64,000 nucleotides of DNA from Gemmatimonadales bacterium (GTDB taxonomy: Bacteria > Gemmatimonadota > Gemmatimonadetes > Gemmatimonadales > GWC2-71-9). Below, in pieces: positions 1 to 10,500 of this stretch (the first letter of the stretch is position 1; every line of letters starts with the position of its first letter). The stretch spans positions 5,781 through 69,780 of the forward strand of contig DATBGE010000082.1 in assembly GCA_036558125.1 (NCBI GenBank), read 5' to 3'. The position numbers and the translations under genes are program-made. The notes under the pieces are model-generated. The model did no database searches and was not told the origin of the DNA. It saw nothing but the letters and a program-made list of their open reading frames with translations.

Positions 1-189
1 TCGCACCGCCTCGTCGTTCGATTGGGTGACTCCCCGTCCACCGGCGAGCAGGTCCGCGTAGTGAACGCACTCCGCGTAATCACCAGCCTGACAGGCCTGC
101 AAAATCTCCTGCGGCGTCAGCGCGAGCTGGGCCTGCGCCTCATTGGTCGTCGCGGCCATCAGCACCAGGGCCGCCAGCATCCATCTCAT
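1..189 (-). CDS. N-terminal part of a secreted protein (gene runs off the left window edge)
   Basis: Reverse-strand ATG at 189-187 opens an in-frame read to position 1: MRWMLAALVLMAATTNEAQAQ..., which looks like a signal peptide. It shares an ATGA overlap with the dinB stop (186-188). Read by hand because it is below the ORF-track cutoff. Confidence 0.4.
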   Translation of the reverse strand, partial: MRWMLAALVLMAATTNEAQAQLALTPQEILQACQAGDYAECVHYADLLAGGRGVTQSNDEAVR

Positions 190-1379
190 TCCCGCTCCTG
201 TCTCCTGAGCGGCAGCGTTTCCGCCGTCGCTACTGCATCGAACCCGAACTTCTTCCTGACCTGATCTATCGCGGTGGTGAGTTCCCGCAATTTTGTACGT
301 TCGACCGGCTCAAAGAGATCCTCGGTGGCCGATTCTACGATATTGGTCGCCGCCACACCGATCAGCCGGACGCCCTTCTTTCTCCGTACCACGTCCTCGA
401 ATGCGCGATCGAACAGTGCCCGGGCCGCGACGAGGATCTCCTTGTCCAGCGAGGTCGGCTCGTCCAGCGTGTGGCGACGAGTGACCGTGTAGAAATCGCC
501 GTGACGCAGCTTGAGGGCGACCGTGCGCGCCGCGAGGCCTTCTTCCCGCAATTGACCGGCAACCCGGCTCACGAACAGCGCGAGCAGGGCGTCGAGCCGC
601 CCCTTCTCAGTCGCATCGCGCGAGAGCGTCGTCTCCCGGCTCACTGAGCGGGGGAGCCGATCGGCGCTGAGCTTGGAGGATCCATAGCCGTGCGCCCGCA
701 GCTTGAGCTCTCGCGCACCGTCTCCCAGAATCCGTTGCAGGTTCTCCAGCTCCATGTCCTGAATCTGGCGGACGTCTGTGAGACCAAGCCTGGCCCAGCG
801 CTCCGCCGTTTTCGGTCCTACGCCCGGCAACGCTCGCAGCGGCAGTCCTGCCAGGAATCCTTCCTCCCAGCCGGCGCGAATTTCCATCAGTCCACGCGGC
901 TTGGCCTGGTCCGAGGCCAGTTTGGCGATCATCCGGTTGGTGCCAATTCCGATGCTGCTATCGAGCCCGGTCTCCTGCTTCACCGCATCGCGGATCCGCT
1001 CCGCTTCGGGCAGCAGCGAAACCGGGAACAGGCGCTCGGTGCCGGTGAAATCAAGATACGCCTCATCCAGCGAGGCCATCACCACTGTCGGCGAATAGCG
1101 CCGGAGTACCCCCAACACCGCGCGCGAGGCATCGCGGTAGTGCCGGAAGGCGCCCCGGAAGAACGTGGCTTGCGGACAGCGCCGCGCCGCTTCCGCAATC
1201 GGCATCCCCGCCCGAACTCCAAACTTCCGCGCCGCGTAGGAGGCCGACTGCACGACTCCCCGTTCCTCCCGTCGTCCTCCCACCACGAGGAACTCGACGT
1301 TCCGCAGCTCCGGGTGGCGCTGCCGGCACACCTCGACGAAAAAGGCATCCAGGTCCAGGTGCAGCGTTCGTGCAGCCAT
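186..1379 (-). CDS. dinB: DNA polymerase IV (Y-family translesion polymerase)
   Basis: The N-terminus LHLDLDAFFVEVC...VVGG and the SIGIGTNRMIAKLASD block are typical of DinB/UmuC. ATG at 1379 is preceded by GGAGG. The ORF-track start at 1382 is a TTG one codon upstream. Confidence 0.9.
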   Translation of the reverse strand: MAARTLHLDLDAFFVEVCRQRHPELRNVEFLVVGGRREERGVVQSASYAARKFGVRAGMPIAEAARRCPQATFFRGAFRHYRDASRAVLGVLRRYSPTVVMASLDEAYLDFTGTERLFPVSLLPEAERIRDAVKQETGLDSSIGIGTNRMIAKLASDQAKPRGLMEIRAGWEEGFLAGLPLRALPGVGPKTAERWARLGLTDVRQIQDMELENLQRILGDGARELKLRAHGYGSSKLSADRLPRSVSRETTLSRDATEKGRLDALLALFVSRVAGQLREEGLAARTVALKLRHGDFYTVTRRHTLDEPTSLDKEILVAARALFDRAFEDVVRRKKGVRLIGVAATNIVESATEDLFEPVERTKLRELTTAIDQVRKKFGFDAVATAETLPLRRQERE

Positions 1380-1401
1380 CAAGCCTCCATGCTCCGACCC
1401 C

Positions 1402-2397
1402 CTACGGAAGCTTCACTTCCACAACACTCGCGCTCGAATCGGTCGCTCCGGCGTTCGCCCCCCAGGGCATGTTGAGGTTCGCCAGATAGATCGCATTGCC
1501 CTTCGCCTTGAGCTCGGCCGGGAAGTGCATCGGGCCTGCCGGGCCGTTGACCGCGATCTCGGTGATTTCCCCCGCCTGAGTCACCTTCACCAGGGCATTC
1601 CGGATGTTGCAGGCGATCCAGAGGTTGTCCTGTCCGTCGACAATCACACCGTCGGCGCCCATCAACCGGGGGTCCTTCACGAAGCTCTCGATCTTGCCGG
1701 GCTTGTAGTCGGGCTTGACCTCGATCCGGCTCACCTCGCCGGTCCCCGTATTCACCGTGTAGACGAGTCCCTTGGAGTCGACCGCCACACCGTTTACGGT
1801 GTAGGGCCGGACCCCTACCGTGGTGTCGGGATTCATCGGGGAGTAATCCTTCGCAAAGACTTGCGCCTTCCCGCCCTTCGGTCCGACATGATACAACGCG
1901 TGACTGTCTCCACCACCGATCCAGAGATGTCCTGAATGATCGAACGCGAGGCCGTTAGCTCCCATCGCGCCGGTGGCGAATTTCGAAACGTCGCTGGTCG
2001 CGCTGAAGTCCGATGCGCCAATCCGGTCCGCGGCGACTTTCAATACCCAGCCCGAATCGGGTACCGCGAAATAGAGATTCCCCGTGTCATCGGCCGCGAC
2101 GCCGAGTATGCCGACTCCTGGGACCGGTAGAACGGCGACCCGGGTCGGCGCCGGATCAGCGGGATCGATGCGGTATACCGCCGCATCCTTCCAGTCCGCC
2201 ACGTACAGTTTTCCGCCATGCTCGGCGATTCCCTCAATATGGGAGCCGGGGCCACCTATGACGGCCAGAGTCCGGGTGTTTGAATCCGCAGGCTCCATTG
2301 TTTCTGCTTTCTCTGCCGGCTGCTGCTTCGGAGCGCAGGCCAGAGCAAACGCCAGTAGCCCCAGCATCGTCCCGCCGCTCAAAATTGACGACCTCAC
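1402..2397 (-). CDS. SMP-30/gluconolactonase/LRE-like beta-propeller lipoprotein
   Basis: Repeated GxxxD/NG beta-propeller blades and a lipobox (LLAFALAC). GTG at 2397 has GGAGGA 3 nt upstream, so I prefer it to the longer ORF start at 2475. Confidence 0.7.
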   Translation of the reverse strand: MRSSILSGGTMLGLLAFALACAPKQQPAEKAETMEPADSNTRTLAVIGGPGSHIEGIAEHGGKLYVADWKDAAVYRIDPADPAPTRVAVLPVPGVGILGVAADDTGNLYFAVPDSGWVLKVAADRIGASDFSATSDVSKFATGAMGANGLAFDHSGHLWIGGGDSHALYHVGPKGGKAQVFAKDYSPMNPDTTVGVRPYTVNGVAVDSKGLVYTVNTGTGEVSRIEVKPDYKPGKIESFVKDPRLMGADGVIVDGQDNLWIACNIRNALVKVTQAGEITEIAVNGPAGPMHFPAELKAKGNAIYLANLNMPWGANAGATDSSASVVEVKLP

Positions 2398-2509
2398 TTT
2401 TCCTCCAGACGAATAGCGGTGAATTCCATTCCTCGAACCCGGAAATCTACCCTCGCCCCTTTCCCCGGCTACCACGCCGGGGCCCCCACACTTAGCCTTT
2501 AGCCCACTT

Positions 2510-3397
2510 ATGCGAGTCTCCTTTCTCGGTCTGGGTGCTATCGGTCGTCCGATGGCCGCTCATCTGGCCCGGAGTCACGAGCTAACGGTTTGGAATCGCA
2601 CCGCGAGCCGGGCCGATGAATTCGCCCAGACGCATGGCGCGCGCGTGGCACAAACCCCGCAGAAGGCGGCCCAAAGTGCCGAAGTCATTCTGACTTGCCT
2701 GCCTAACTCGGGCGAGGTGCAACAAATCCTCGAAGGCCCCGAGGGAATACTGTCTGGAATCAGAACAGGCGCACTATTTCTTGACTGTACCTCCGGCGAG
2801 CCCGCCGCTTCGGTGCGGATATCGGCACAGCTGCAGGCCCGTGGGGTGGATTTCGCCGATGCTCCGGTCAGCGGTGGTACCAACGGCGCCGAGGCGGGAA
2901 CTCTGACGGTGATGGTCGGCGGGAGCGATGCCACGTTCGAGCGCGCCAAACCGATTCTGGCTCTGTTCGCCAAGCGCATCGAACACATGGGGCCGGTCGG
3001 TACCGGGCACGCGATGAAAGCGATCAACAACGCGCTCCTCGCGGTCGGCATCCTGGCGTTCGGGGAAGGAATGGTAGGGCTGGTCAAAGCCGGGGTTCCG
3101 GCCAAAAAGGCGGTCGAGGTCCTCAATGCATCGAGCGGGCGCAGTTTCGTGAGCGAGGTGCTGGTTCCCGACCGGGTAATGACCGGAGCATGGCCGGTGA
3201 CGTTCCGCCTGGCACTGTTGGCCAAGGACGTGGACATCGCCTGCCGGTTCCTGGCGGAGCAGGGCATCGAGTCTTCGTTGCTGGACCGGGCGTCCCAGCT
3301 GCTCAATGCAGCCCGTGCCCGTTTAGGCGAAGGTGCCGACTATATGGAAGCGATCCGCCTGCAGGAGCAGGACGCGGGCGTTGAGATTCGAGGTTAG
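2510..3397 (+). CDS. NAD(P)-dependent beta-hydroxyacid (3-hydroxyisobutyrate-type) dehydrogenase
   Basis: N-terminal Rossmann motif FLGLGAIGRPMA and family blocks (LDCTSG, DAPVSGG, GTGHAMKAINN). Confidence 0.85.
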   Translation: MRVSFLGLGAIGRPMAAHLARSHELTVWNRTASRADEFAQTHGARVAQTPQKAAQSAEVILTCLPNSGEVQQILEGPEGILSGIRTGALFLDCTSGEPAASVRISAQLQARGVDFADAPVSGGTNGAEAGTLTVMVGGSDATFERAKPILALFAKRIEHMGPVGTGHAMKAINNALLAVGILAFGEGMVGLVKAGVPAKKAVEVLNASSGRSFVSEVLVPDRVMTGAWPVTFRLALLAKDVDIACRFLAEQGIESSLLDRASQLLNAARARLGEGADYMEAIRLQEQDAGVEIRG

Positions 3398-3406
3398 GAG
3401 GAGACC

Positions 3407-3871
3407 GTGGCATCAACCCAGTGGGCCGCTACTGAAAGACTGCAGGTTCGGGTCGTGATGGTTGAGGGAATGTCCATCGAGGGAGACCTCCACCTTCAGC
3501 CCAGCACGGCGCTACACGAGTCGCGGGAGACGCCCCTCGAGCTGCTCAACCGGGCGGAGAACTTCTTCCCGCTTTCGTTGCCCGGTGGCGAGGTGGTCTT
3601 TCTGGCCAAGGCGCAGGTAGCGGCTCTCGCGTACCAGGGGCCAGCGACTCCGGACCCGGAGCGGGAATCTGCCGCTCTGCACATCGGGCTCGAGGTCACC
3701 ATGAGCGGCGGAGATGAGTATCGCGGGTTTGCCGCGACCGAGCTCCCGCCCAACCGGAGCCGCGCCTCCGATTACCTGAACGCGCCGGAACGTTTTTTCA
3801 GTCTTGTCGTCGGCGAGACCACGGTTTGTCTGAACCGTAACCATGTCCGCGCCGCCCGTCCCTTGAGCTGA
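3407..3871 (+). CDS. Hypothetical protein made of two tandem ~65-aa repeats
   Basis: 154-aa ORF ending 8 nt before the pilT-like gene. It carries an internal duplication, with the pattern V.M..G....G......SR....LN..E.FF.L.....V.L....V appearing twice. Confidence 0.6.
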   Translation: MASTQWAATERLQVRVVMVEGMSIEGDLHLQPSTALHESRETPLELLNRAENFFPLSLPGGEVVFLAKAQVAALAYQGPATPDPERESAALHIGLEVTMSGGDEYRGFAATELPPNRSRASDYLNAPERFFSLVVGETTVCLNRNHVRAARPLS

Positions 3872-3879
3872 GGAATTCA

Positions 3880-5361
3880 GTGCCCCGTCTCGACAAGTTC
3901 ATCCAGGCCATGCATGAACACGGCGCCAGAAGCCTGGCGCTCCACGCCGGCAAGCCGGCCTCCCTGATGGTGGGAGACGCGACTCGTCCCGTCACCAAGG
4001 AACCGCTCACCGCGGCCCAGGTGACCATGCTGGTCAAGGAAATTGCGCCGAGTCAGCTGCAATCCAACGTCACCGACGGGGCGAGCTTCGCGTTCGCCTA
4101 TCTCTCACCGAGCGGGAAGGTGGACGTTGAACTGGCGAAAGGCAGTGCGACCATCCGTCCGCCCAACGGCACGGCCCCCGCCTCGACCGCGCCCGCCAAC
4201 GGATCGGCCAAGGCAGCTCCGGCGGTGGAGCCGACGGTCATGCCTTCGCTCGGAACGCAACCGGCGTCGGACGCGCGGGCTCGGATCGAGGGATTGCTCC
4301 GCCGCACCGTGGAAACTGGTTCCAGCGATTTGCACCTGCGCACTGGGGAGCCGCCGATCTTCCGCCGGGACGGCGAGCTGGAGCGTCACGAAGGCCCCGA
4401 GCTGCGCGCCGAGGAAGTAGAGGCGATGCTGACCAGCATCATGGCCACGAGGGAGCTCGCTGATTTCCGGGAAAGCGGCGACGCCGACTGGGCGTATGAG
4501 CTTCCGGACGCGGCGCGGTTCCGCGCCAACGCTGCGGTAGAGCGCCGCGGACCGATGGGCGTCTTCCGGGTCATTCCCTCCCAGATTCAGACCGTCGAGC
4601 AACTCGGCATTTCGGCCGAGATTCAGAAGCTCTGCTATCTGCCCAAGGGACTCGTCCTGGTCACCGGCCCGACCGGCTCCGGCAAGTCGACGACACTCGC
4701 GGCCTTGGTGGACCTCATCAACCGCACGCGGACCGATCACATCCTCACGATCGAAGACCCGATCGAGTTCGTCCACCGGCCACAGAAATGTGTGGTGACC
4801 CAGCGGCAGGTCGGGTTCCATACCAAGTCTTTCAAGCAGGCCCTGCGTGCCGCGCTGCGGGAAGATCCCGACGTGGTCATGGTCGGGGAGATGCGCGATC
4901 TGGAGACGGTTTCCATCGCGATCGAGACCGCCGAGACGGGACACCTGGTGTTTGGGACTCTGCACACCACCACCGCCGCTTCGACGGTGGACCGGATCAT
5001 CGATCAGTTCCCGGCCGACCGCCAGCCCCAGATCCGGGTGATGTTGTCCGAGTCGCTCAAGGGCGTCATCGCCCAGGTGCTGTGTCCCAGGATCGGGGGC
5101 GGGCGGGTTGCGGCGAAGGAAGTGCTGCTCTCGATCCCAGCCATCGCCAACCTGATCCGCGAGGGGAAGACCTTCCAGATTCCCTCGATCATGCAGACCA
5201 ACCGCAAGGCCGGAATGGTCACCCTGAACGATGCGCTGCTCGAGCTGGTGGAGCAGAAGGTCGTCGAGCCGAAGGACGCTTACGCCAAGTCAGCCGACAA
5301 GACCGGATTTGCCGCCGCGCTCAAGGCGAAGCGGCTGGACATCTCGTTTCTCGGGGAGTGA
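3880..5361 (+). CDS. pilT: PilT-family type IV pilus retraction (twitching) ATPase with ~130-aa N-terminal extension
   Basis: Walker A GPTGSGKST, Asp-box ILTIEDPIEF, Walker B VVMVGEMRD and His-box GHLVFGTLHT. The extra N-terminal segment resembles a degenerate copy of the PilT N-domain. Confidence 0.85.
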   Translation: MPRLDKFIQAMHEHGARSLALHAGKPASLMVGDATRPVTKEPLTAAQVTMLVKEIAPSQLQSNVTDGASFAFAYLSPSGKVDVELAKGSATIRPPNGTAPASTAPANGSAKAAPAVEPTVMPSLGTQPASDARARIEGLLRRTVETGSSDLHLRTGEPPIFRRDGELERHEGPELRAEEVEAMLTSIMATRELADFRESGDADWAYELPDAARFRANAAVERRGPMGVFRVIPSQIQTVEQLGISAEIQKLCYLPKGLVLVTGPTGSGKSTTLAALVDLINRTRTDHILTIEDPIEFVHRPQKCVVTQRQVGFHTKSFKQALRAALREDPDVVMVGEMRDLETVSIAIETAETGHLVFGTLHTTTAASTVDRIIDQFPADRQPQIRVMLSESLKGVIAQVLCPRIGGGRVAAKEVLLSIPAIANLIREGKTFQIPSIMQTNRKAGMVTLNDALLELVEQKVVEPKDAYAKSADKTGFAAALKAKRLDISFLGE

Positions 5362-5367
5362 TACCGC

Positions 5368-6141
5368 GTGAGCCTGCAGGCGCCGGTGCTGGTGCTGGTC
5401 GAGCCTCAGGACGTGGTGAATATCGGCAGCGCGGTCCGGGTGGCGAAGAATTTCGCCCTCAGCCAGGTGCGCCTTGTCGCACCGGCCATTTTCGACCCGT
5501 ACCGCATCGAGGGGATCGCGCATAGCACGGCGGATTACGTGGACAGCATCAGCATCCACCATACGCTGCAGGAAGCGATTCAAGATTGTGTATACGTCGT
5601 TGCCCTCACTGCCCGGGAGCGTGCCGCCAAGCGCACCGTGATCCGGCCCGGTGCCGCGGCGATCGAACTCCTCGCCCGCGCTGAGCGCGGCTCCGTCGCG
5701 GTCGTGGCCGGTCGCGAGGACAAGGGCCTCACCAACGACGAGCTGGACCTCTGCCACGCGCTCGTCACCATTCCCACCAATCCCGGTTACCGGTCGCTGA
5801 ACCTGGCCCAGGCTGTGGCCATCATGTGCTACGAGATCCGGTTGGCGGCAGGTGGCGAGCGCCAACCCTTCAAGCCGCCCCGCAAACTGGTCGGCGCCCC
5901 CGAGTCGGGACTGCTCGAGCGCCTCTTCGCCGACTGGGAGCGGGCCCTCTGGGGAATCGATTTCTTCAAGACCCGTCAGGCTGAGCACGTCATGCGGTCC
6001 TTCCGCGAAATCATCTACCGGGCGGACCTCGATGGCCGGGAAGCGGCCCTGATCCGGGCGATGGGAATCGAGGTGGTCCGCTTTCTCGAACGCAGTGGGG
6101 TGCAGTTGCCACCCTTGGATCACCCACCGGTCCCCGATTAG
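5368..6141 (+). CDS. SpoU/TrmH-family RNA 2'-O-methyltransferase (TrmJ-like)
   Basis: SPOUT motifs (VLVEPQDVVNIGSAVRVAKNF, VAGREDKGL, IPTNPGYRSLNLAQAV). Confidence 0.8.
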   Translation: MSLQAPVLVLVEPQDVVNIGSAVRVAKNFALSQVRLVAPAIFDPYRIEGIAHSTADYVDSISIHHTLQEAIQDCVYVVALTARERAAKRTVIRPGAAAIELLARAERGSVAVVAGREDKGLTNDELDLCHALVTIPTNPGYRSLNLAQAVAIMCYEIRLAAGGERQPFKPPRKLVGAPESGLLERLFADWERALWGIDFFKTRQAEHVMRSFREIIYRADLDGREAALIRAMGIEVVRFLERSGVQLPPLDHPPVPD

Positions 6142-6186
6142 CTTTCTCGCCGAAGATTCACCCTAGCCTAACCGGGAGAGAACCAC

Positions 6187-6681
6187 GTGGGCCGATCCGC
6201 CGCGTACTGGGCCGCCAATCTCTATCCCGAATCCCGCCACGAACCCAAGCCTTCCGCCCCGTACCGGGACCTTCCCGGGCCGATCGGCGCGCGCTTTCGC
6301 AAGGTCAGGGAAGGGCTCCTGGCGCTTCAGGGCGTCTCCGAATCCGTCAAATTCATGGGTCCGAGCTGGCGCTGGGCCTGGGAGTTTGCGGCCGGGAGCC
6401 GAAAGCTTTGCTGGCTCCACGTCATGCAGAACGGAGTCGGAGGGACATTCACTCTGAGTGATGGTGAAGAGCGGAAGGCCCTCGCGATCTCCCGGCTCCC
6501 CTCTGCCATCAGCGACGCCATCCAGAGCGGTCACCGCACCGGCCCGCTTCGCTGGTGCAGCATCGAGATTACCGATCAGAAGTCAGCCGACGTCTTCGTC
6601 GGCTTTGCACGGCGCAAGTTGGCGTGGCTCACGGCCGAGACGCCTGCCGCCGTGCTGGCGCGGAGAACTCTGACCGGCTAG
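6187..6681 (+). CDS. Conserved hypothetical protein (DUF3788-like)
   Basis: 164-aa ORF with a GTG start and coding-like composition. The W-rich central block resembles DUF3788. That assignment is from memory only. Confidence 0.5.
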   Translation: MGRSAAYWAANLYPESRHEPKPSAPYRDLPGPIGARFRKVREGLLALQGVSESVKFMGPSWRWAWEFAAGSRKLCWLHVMQNGVGGTFTLSDGEERKALAISRLPSAISDAIQSGHRTGPLRWCSIEITDQKSADVFVGFARRKLAWLTAETPAAVLARRTLTG

Positions 6682-6750
6682 CACCAAAGTACTGGTTGTT
6701 GAAGTGGCGGGACGAGCTATACTTGCCCCGCATGTCGGCCCTTGAAAATT

Positions 6751-6766
6751 CGTGAAATAATTCACA
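6751..6766. promoter_or_regulatory. Crp/Fnr-type palindrome upstream of the act operon
   Basis: cGTGAaataatTCACa matches the TGTGA-N6-TCACA half-sites in 8 of 10 positions. It sits in an AT-rich patch about 80 nt upstream of the actA ATG. Confidence 0.35.
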
Positions 6767-6837
6767 AACTTCTGCTCCGCCTGACTTCGGCTTGGAAACC
6801 GGTCGGCGGGCGACTCCTCTCCCGTTCCTGAGCGAAC

Positions 6838-7443
6838 ATGCGCAAGCTGGCCATACTCGCAGCTGGGTCGGTTTTCCTCGCCCTGGGCGGGGCGGCTCTG
6901 TTGCAACGGCCCGGGGGTGCCCAGCAGGGGAAACCTGCCCCCGACTCCGTGACCGCAACGGCAATCGCCGCCGAAGACTCCTCAGACCTTCGCGGTCCCC
7001 GCCAGCCCATCTTCTTTCGTCACGACATCCACGCCGGCCAGTACAAAATCCAGTGCCAGTACTGCCACTACAGCGTCGGGGTGTCGAACGAGCCAGGGAT
7101 CCCGAGCCTGCAGACCTGCATGGGCTGCCACATGGTCATCTCGGGGAGCGACAGCGGGGGCAAGACGGAGATCAAGAAGTTGCGCCAGTTCTGGGCCGAC
7201 AAGACCGATCCTGCGAAACCGCATCTGGAATGGTCCCGCATCCACGCGCTGGCGAGGCACGTGCACTTCCCGCACAGCCGTCACATCCAGGCCCTCGGTC
7301 CCAACGCCTGTAACACCTGCCATGGCGACGTCGCCCGCATGCCTCAGGTCTTCATGGTCAACAACGTGACGAACATGGGCTTCTGCATCACCTGCCATTT
7401 GGAACGGAAGGTCAATCGGGATTGTACGGCGTGTCATTACTAG
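6838..7443 (+). CDS. actA: Alternative Complex III subunit ActA (pentaheme cytochrome c)
   Basis: Five CxxCH motifs (CQYCH, CMGCH, CNTCH, CITCH, CTACH), an N-terminal signal/anchor, and first position in the actABCDEF order. Confidence 0.85.
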   Translation: MRKLAILAAGSVFLALGGAALLQRPGGAQQGKPAPDSVTATAIAAEDSSDLRGPRQPIFFRHDIHAGQYKIQCQYCHYSVGVSNEPGIPSLQTCMGCHMVISGSDSGGKTEIKKLRQFWADKTDPAKPHLEWSRIHALARHVHFPHSRHIQALGPNACNTCHGDVARMPQVFMVNNVTNMGFCITCHLERKVNRDCTACHY

Positions 7444-7529
7444 CTGTTAGCCGTTAGCTGTTAGCGGATTCTGCAGAGCTAACCGCTAAGAGCCAACCGC
7501 TAACCGCTAACAGCTAACAGCTAACAGCT
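7442..7529. repeat. Long hairpin built from tandem heptamers (GCTGTTA / TAACAGC) between actA and actB
   Basis: Left arm 7442-7467 (AGCTGTTAGCCGTTAGCTGTTAGCGG) pairs with right arm 7504-7529 (CCGCTAACAGCTAACAGCTAACAGCT) at 25 of 26 positions. The 36-nt loop contains more GCTAAC-type heptamers. Confidence 0.8.
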
Positions 7530-7550
7530 GCTGTTTCACTCGGAGTCCGA

Positions 7551-10500
7551 ATGTCCGACGAAACGCCGAAAGAAGGAATGGATCGCCGCCGCTTCCTTAC
7601 CGTCCTCGGGGCGACGGGCGCCGGGGCGATGGTGGTATCCGGCTGCTCCACCGAGCGGATAGAGAAGCTGGTCCCCTACATGGTCCAGTCCGAGGACCAG
7701 GTCCCGGGCATTCCGACATTCTACGCCAGCACCTGCACCGAGTGTTCGGCGGGGTGCGGGTTGCACGTGAAGACTCGCGAAGGCCGGGCGATCAAGCTGG
7801 AAGGAAATCCCCAGCATCCGGTGAATGCGGGGAAGATATGTTCCCATGGCGAGTCGGCGCTTCAGGGGCTCTACAATCCGGGACGGCTCACCGGGCCCAA
7901 GACCCGTCAGCCGGACGGCAGCTTCAAAGACGTGACGTGGGACGAAGCGATCGCAGCACTCGCCGGCAAACTGAGCGGCGCCGCTGGCAAGGTCGCCGTG
8001 ATTTCGGGCGCCGGCCGGGGAACCTTCTCCGATTTGCTGGCCGAGTGGACCGCCGCCGCCGGTGGCCGGGTAGTGCGTTACGAGCCCTTCGCTCACGAGG
8101 CACTGCGAGCGGCCAATCTCCGCACTTTCGGCACCAACGAGCTGCCGGCCCACGATTTCTCGGCGGCGAAGTACATCATCTCCTTCGGCGCCGATTTCCT
8201 GGAAAACTGGCTCTCCCCGCTGGAGAACCAGCGCGGATTCGCCAAGTCCCATGGCTACGACAATGGGACCATGGCGAAGCACGTCGCCTTCGCTCCGCGC
8301 ATGTCGCTCACCGGAATGAACGCCGACGAGTGGCACCCGACGAAGCCTGGCGCGGACACCGCGATCGTGCTGGCGATGGCGAACGTGCTGCTGAGCGAGC
8401 GGAGCGGCAATCCGGCCGACTCCAACGCACTGCGCGGCGCGCTCGCGGCGTTCACTCCGGAAAAGGCGCAGGAGACGAGCGGTGTCGGCGCCGAGGTCAT
8501 TCGCCGGGTGGCGCGTGAGTTCGCCTCCGCCAAGCCCAGCCTGGCGGTGGCGGGAGGCATCGGGAACCAGCATCGCGCCGCGGTCGATCTGTGCGCCGCA
8601 GTCAACCTGCTCAACTACATCGCGGGGAACGTCGGGACCACGGTCAAATTCGGCTCCGACCTCGATGGTGGTGAGGGTTACGGTGCCATCGAAGCGCTCG
8701 GCGCCGACATGGATGGCGGTCGGGTCTCACTGGTGCTCGTGCACGAGGCCAACCCGGTTTACTCGCTGCCGGTCAAGGGTGGCTTCGCCGAGAAGTTCAA
8801 GAAAGTCTCGTTCAAAGTCTCGACCTCGCTTTACCTGGATGAGACCGCCGCGATGTGCGACCTGCTGCTCCCCGGCCTGCATGCCCTGGAGCGCTGGGAC
8901 GATCTCCGGCCGCGGCGCGGGGTGATCGGCCTGATGCAGCCGGTGATGCAGCCGGTCTTCGCCTGCATGGCGACCGGCGACGTGCTGCTCAAGACGGCGC
9001 AGAAGGCCGGTGGCGCCTTCGGCCGCTTCAATGCCCCCTCCTGGGAGGCATACCTCAAGACTCAGTGGCAGACGGTCGCGCGGGCGCAGGGTGCCACCGA
9101 TACCGAGAGCTTCTGGCGCGCCGCGTTGCAGCGTGGCGGCGTGTACACCGATGCGCCGGTCACACCGGTGCGGCTCACGGCGAGCGCCGGTCAGATCGGT
9201 TCGACTGCGGCGTCCTTCGATGGCACCGAGGGGGGAGACAGCTACTGGTTCGCGCCCTACGCCTCCACCATGGGGGATGGACGCTTCGCCAATCGTCCCT
9301 GGATTCTCGAGCTGTCCGATCCGGTCACCAAGATCACCTGGCACTCGTGGGTGGAGATTCACCCCGAGCTGGCCAAGCGGCTCGACGTGCGGGAAGGGGA
9401 GATGGTCCGGCTCACGTCTCCCCACGGGAGTATCGAGGCGCCAGCCTACATCTATCCTGGACTCCACCCCGACGTCGTCGCGGTCCCCCTTGGACTGGGT
9501 CACACGGCTTACGGCGACTACGCCAAGGGTCGCGGGGTCAATGCGCTTGACCTGCTCGACGCCAAGGACGGGAACGGGTTCCTGCCCTACGTCGCGACCC
9601 GGGTCACGCTGAGCAAGTCCGGCCAGTACAAGAAGCTGGCGAAGACCGAGGGCACGACCCGCCAGCTGGGTCGCGGCATTTCCGACGCGATGACGCTGGA
9701 GCAGGCCAAGAAGGGCCTCACTCCCGCGCTCGCGCTGGAGGAGCAGGGTCATGCGGAGCACGAGGTCAATACCGAACGTGAAGTCGAAGCGATCCACGGC
9801 TTCCGGGAAAGCCAGCTGGAGAAGCGGAAGCATGGCGCCTACGTCGCCGAGCAGCCGATGTGGGGCATGGCGATCGACCTCGCCAAGTGTACCGGATGCT
9901 CGGCCTGCGTGACCGCGTGCTACGCCGAGAACAACATTCCGCACGTGGGTGAGGATGAGGTGCGCCGCGGCCGTGAGATCACCTGGATCCGCATCGAGCG
10001 GTTCTGGGAGGGCGGTGGCGACACTGGAGATCCGCTGGAGCCCCGGGTCATTCCGATGATGTGCCAGCACTGCGACGCGGCGCCCTGCGAGCCGGTTTGT
10101 CCGGTCTACGCCGCGTACCACACGCCGGACGGTTTGAACGGGCAGGTCTACAACCGCTGTGTGGGCACCCGGTACTGCTCCAACAACTGCCCGTACAAGG
10201 TCCGGTACTTCAACTGGTTCGCCTACGCGAAGAAGGCGTTCCCCGAGCCGCTCAACCTGCAGCTCAATCCCGACGTGACCGTCCGGGCCCGCGGCGTGAT
10301 GGAAAAGTGCACGATGTGCGTCCATCGGATCCGGGGCGCCCAGAACGCGGCGCGCCTGGAGGGCAGGGAACTCAGAGAGGGCGATGTCAACACCGCCTGT
10401 GCTCAAGCCTGTCCCTCGGACGCCATCGTCTTCGGCAACATGAAGGATCCGGGCAGCAGGGTGATGGCGCTCAAGACCAACCACCGCGGTTACCATGTCT

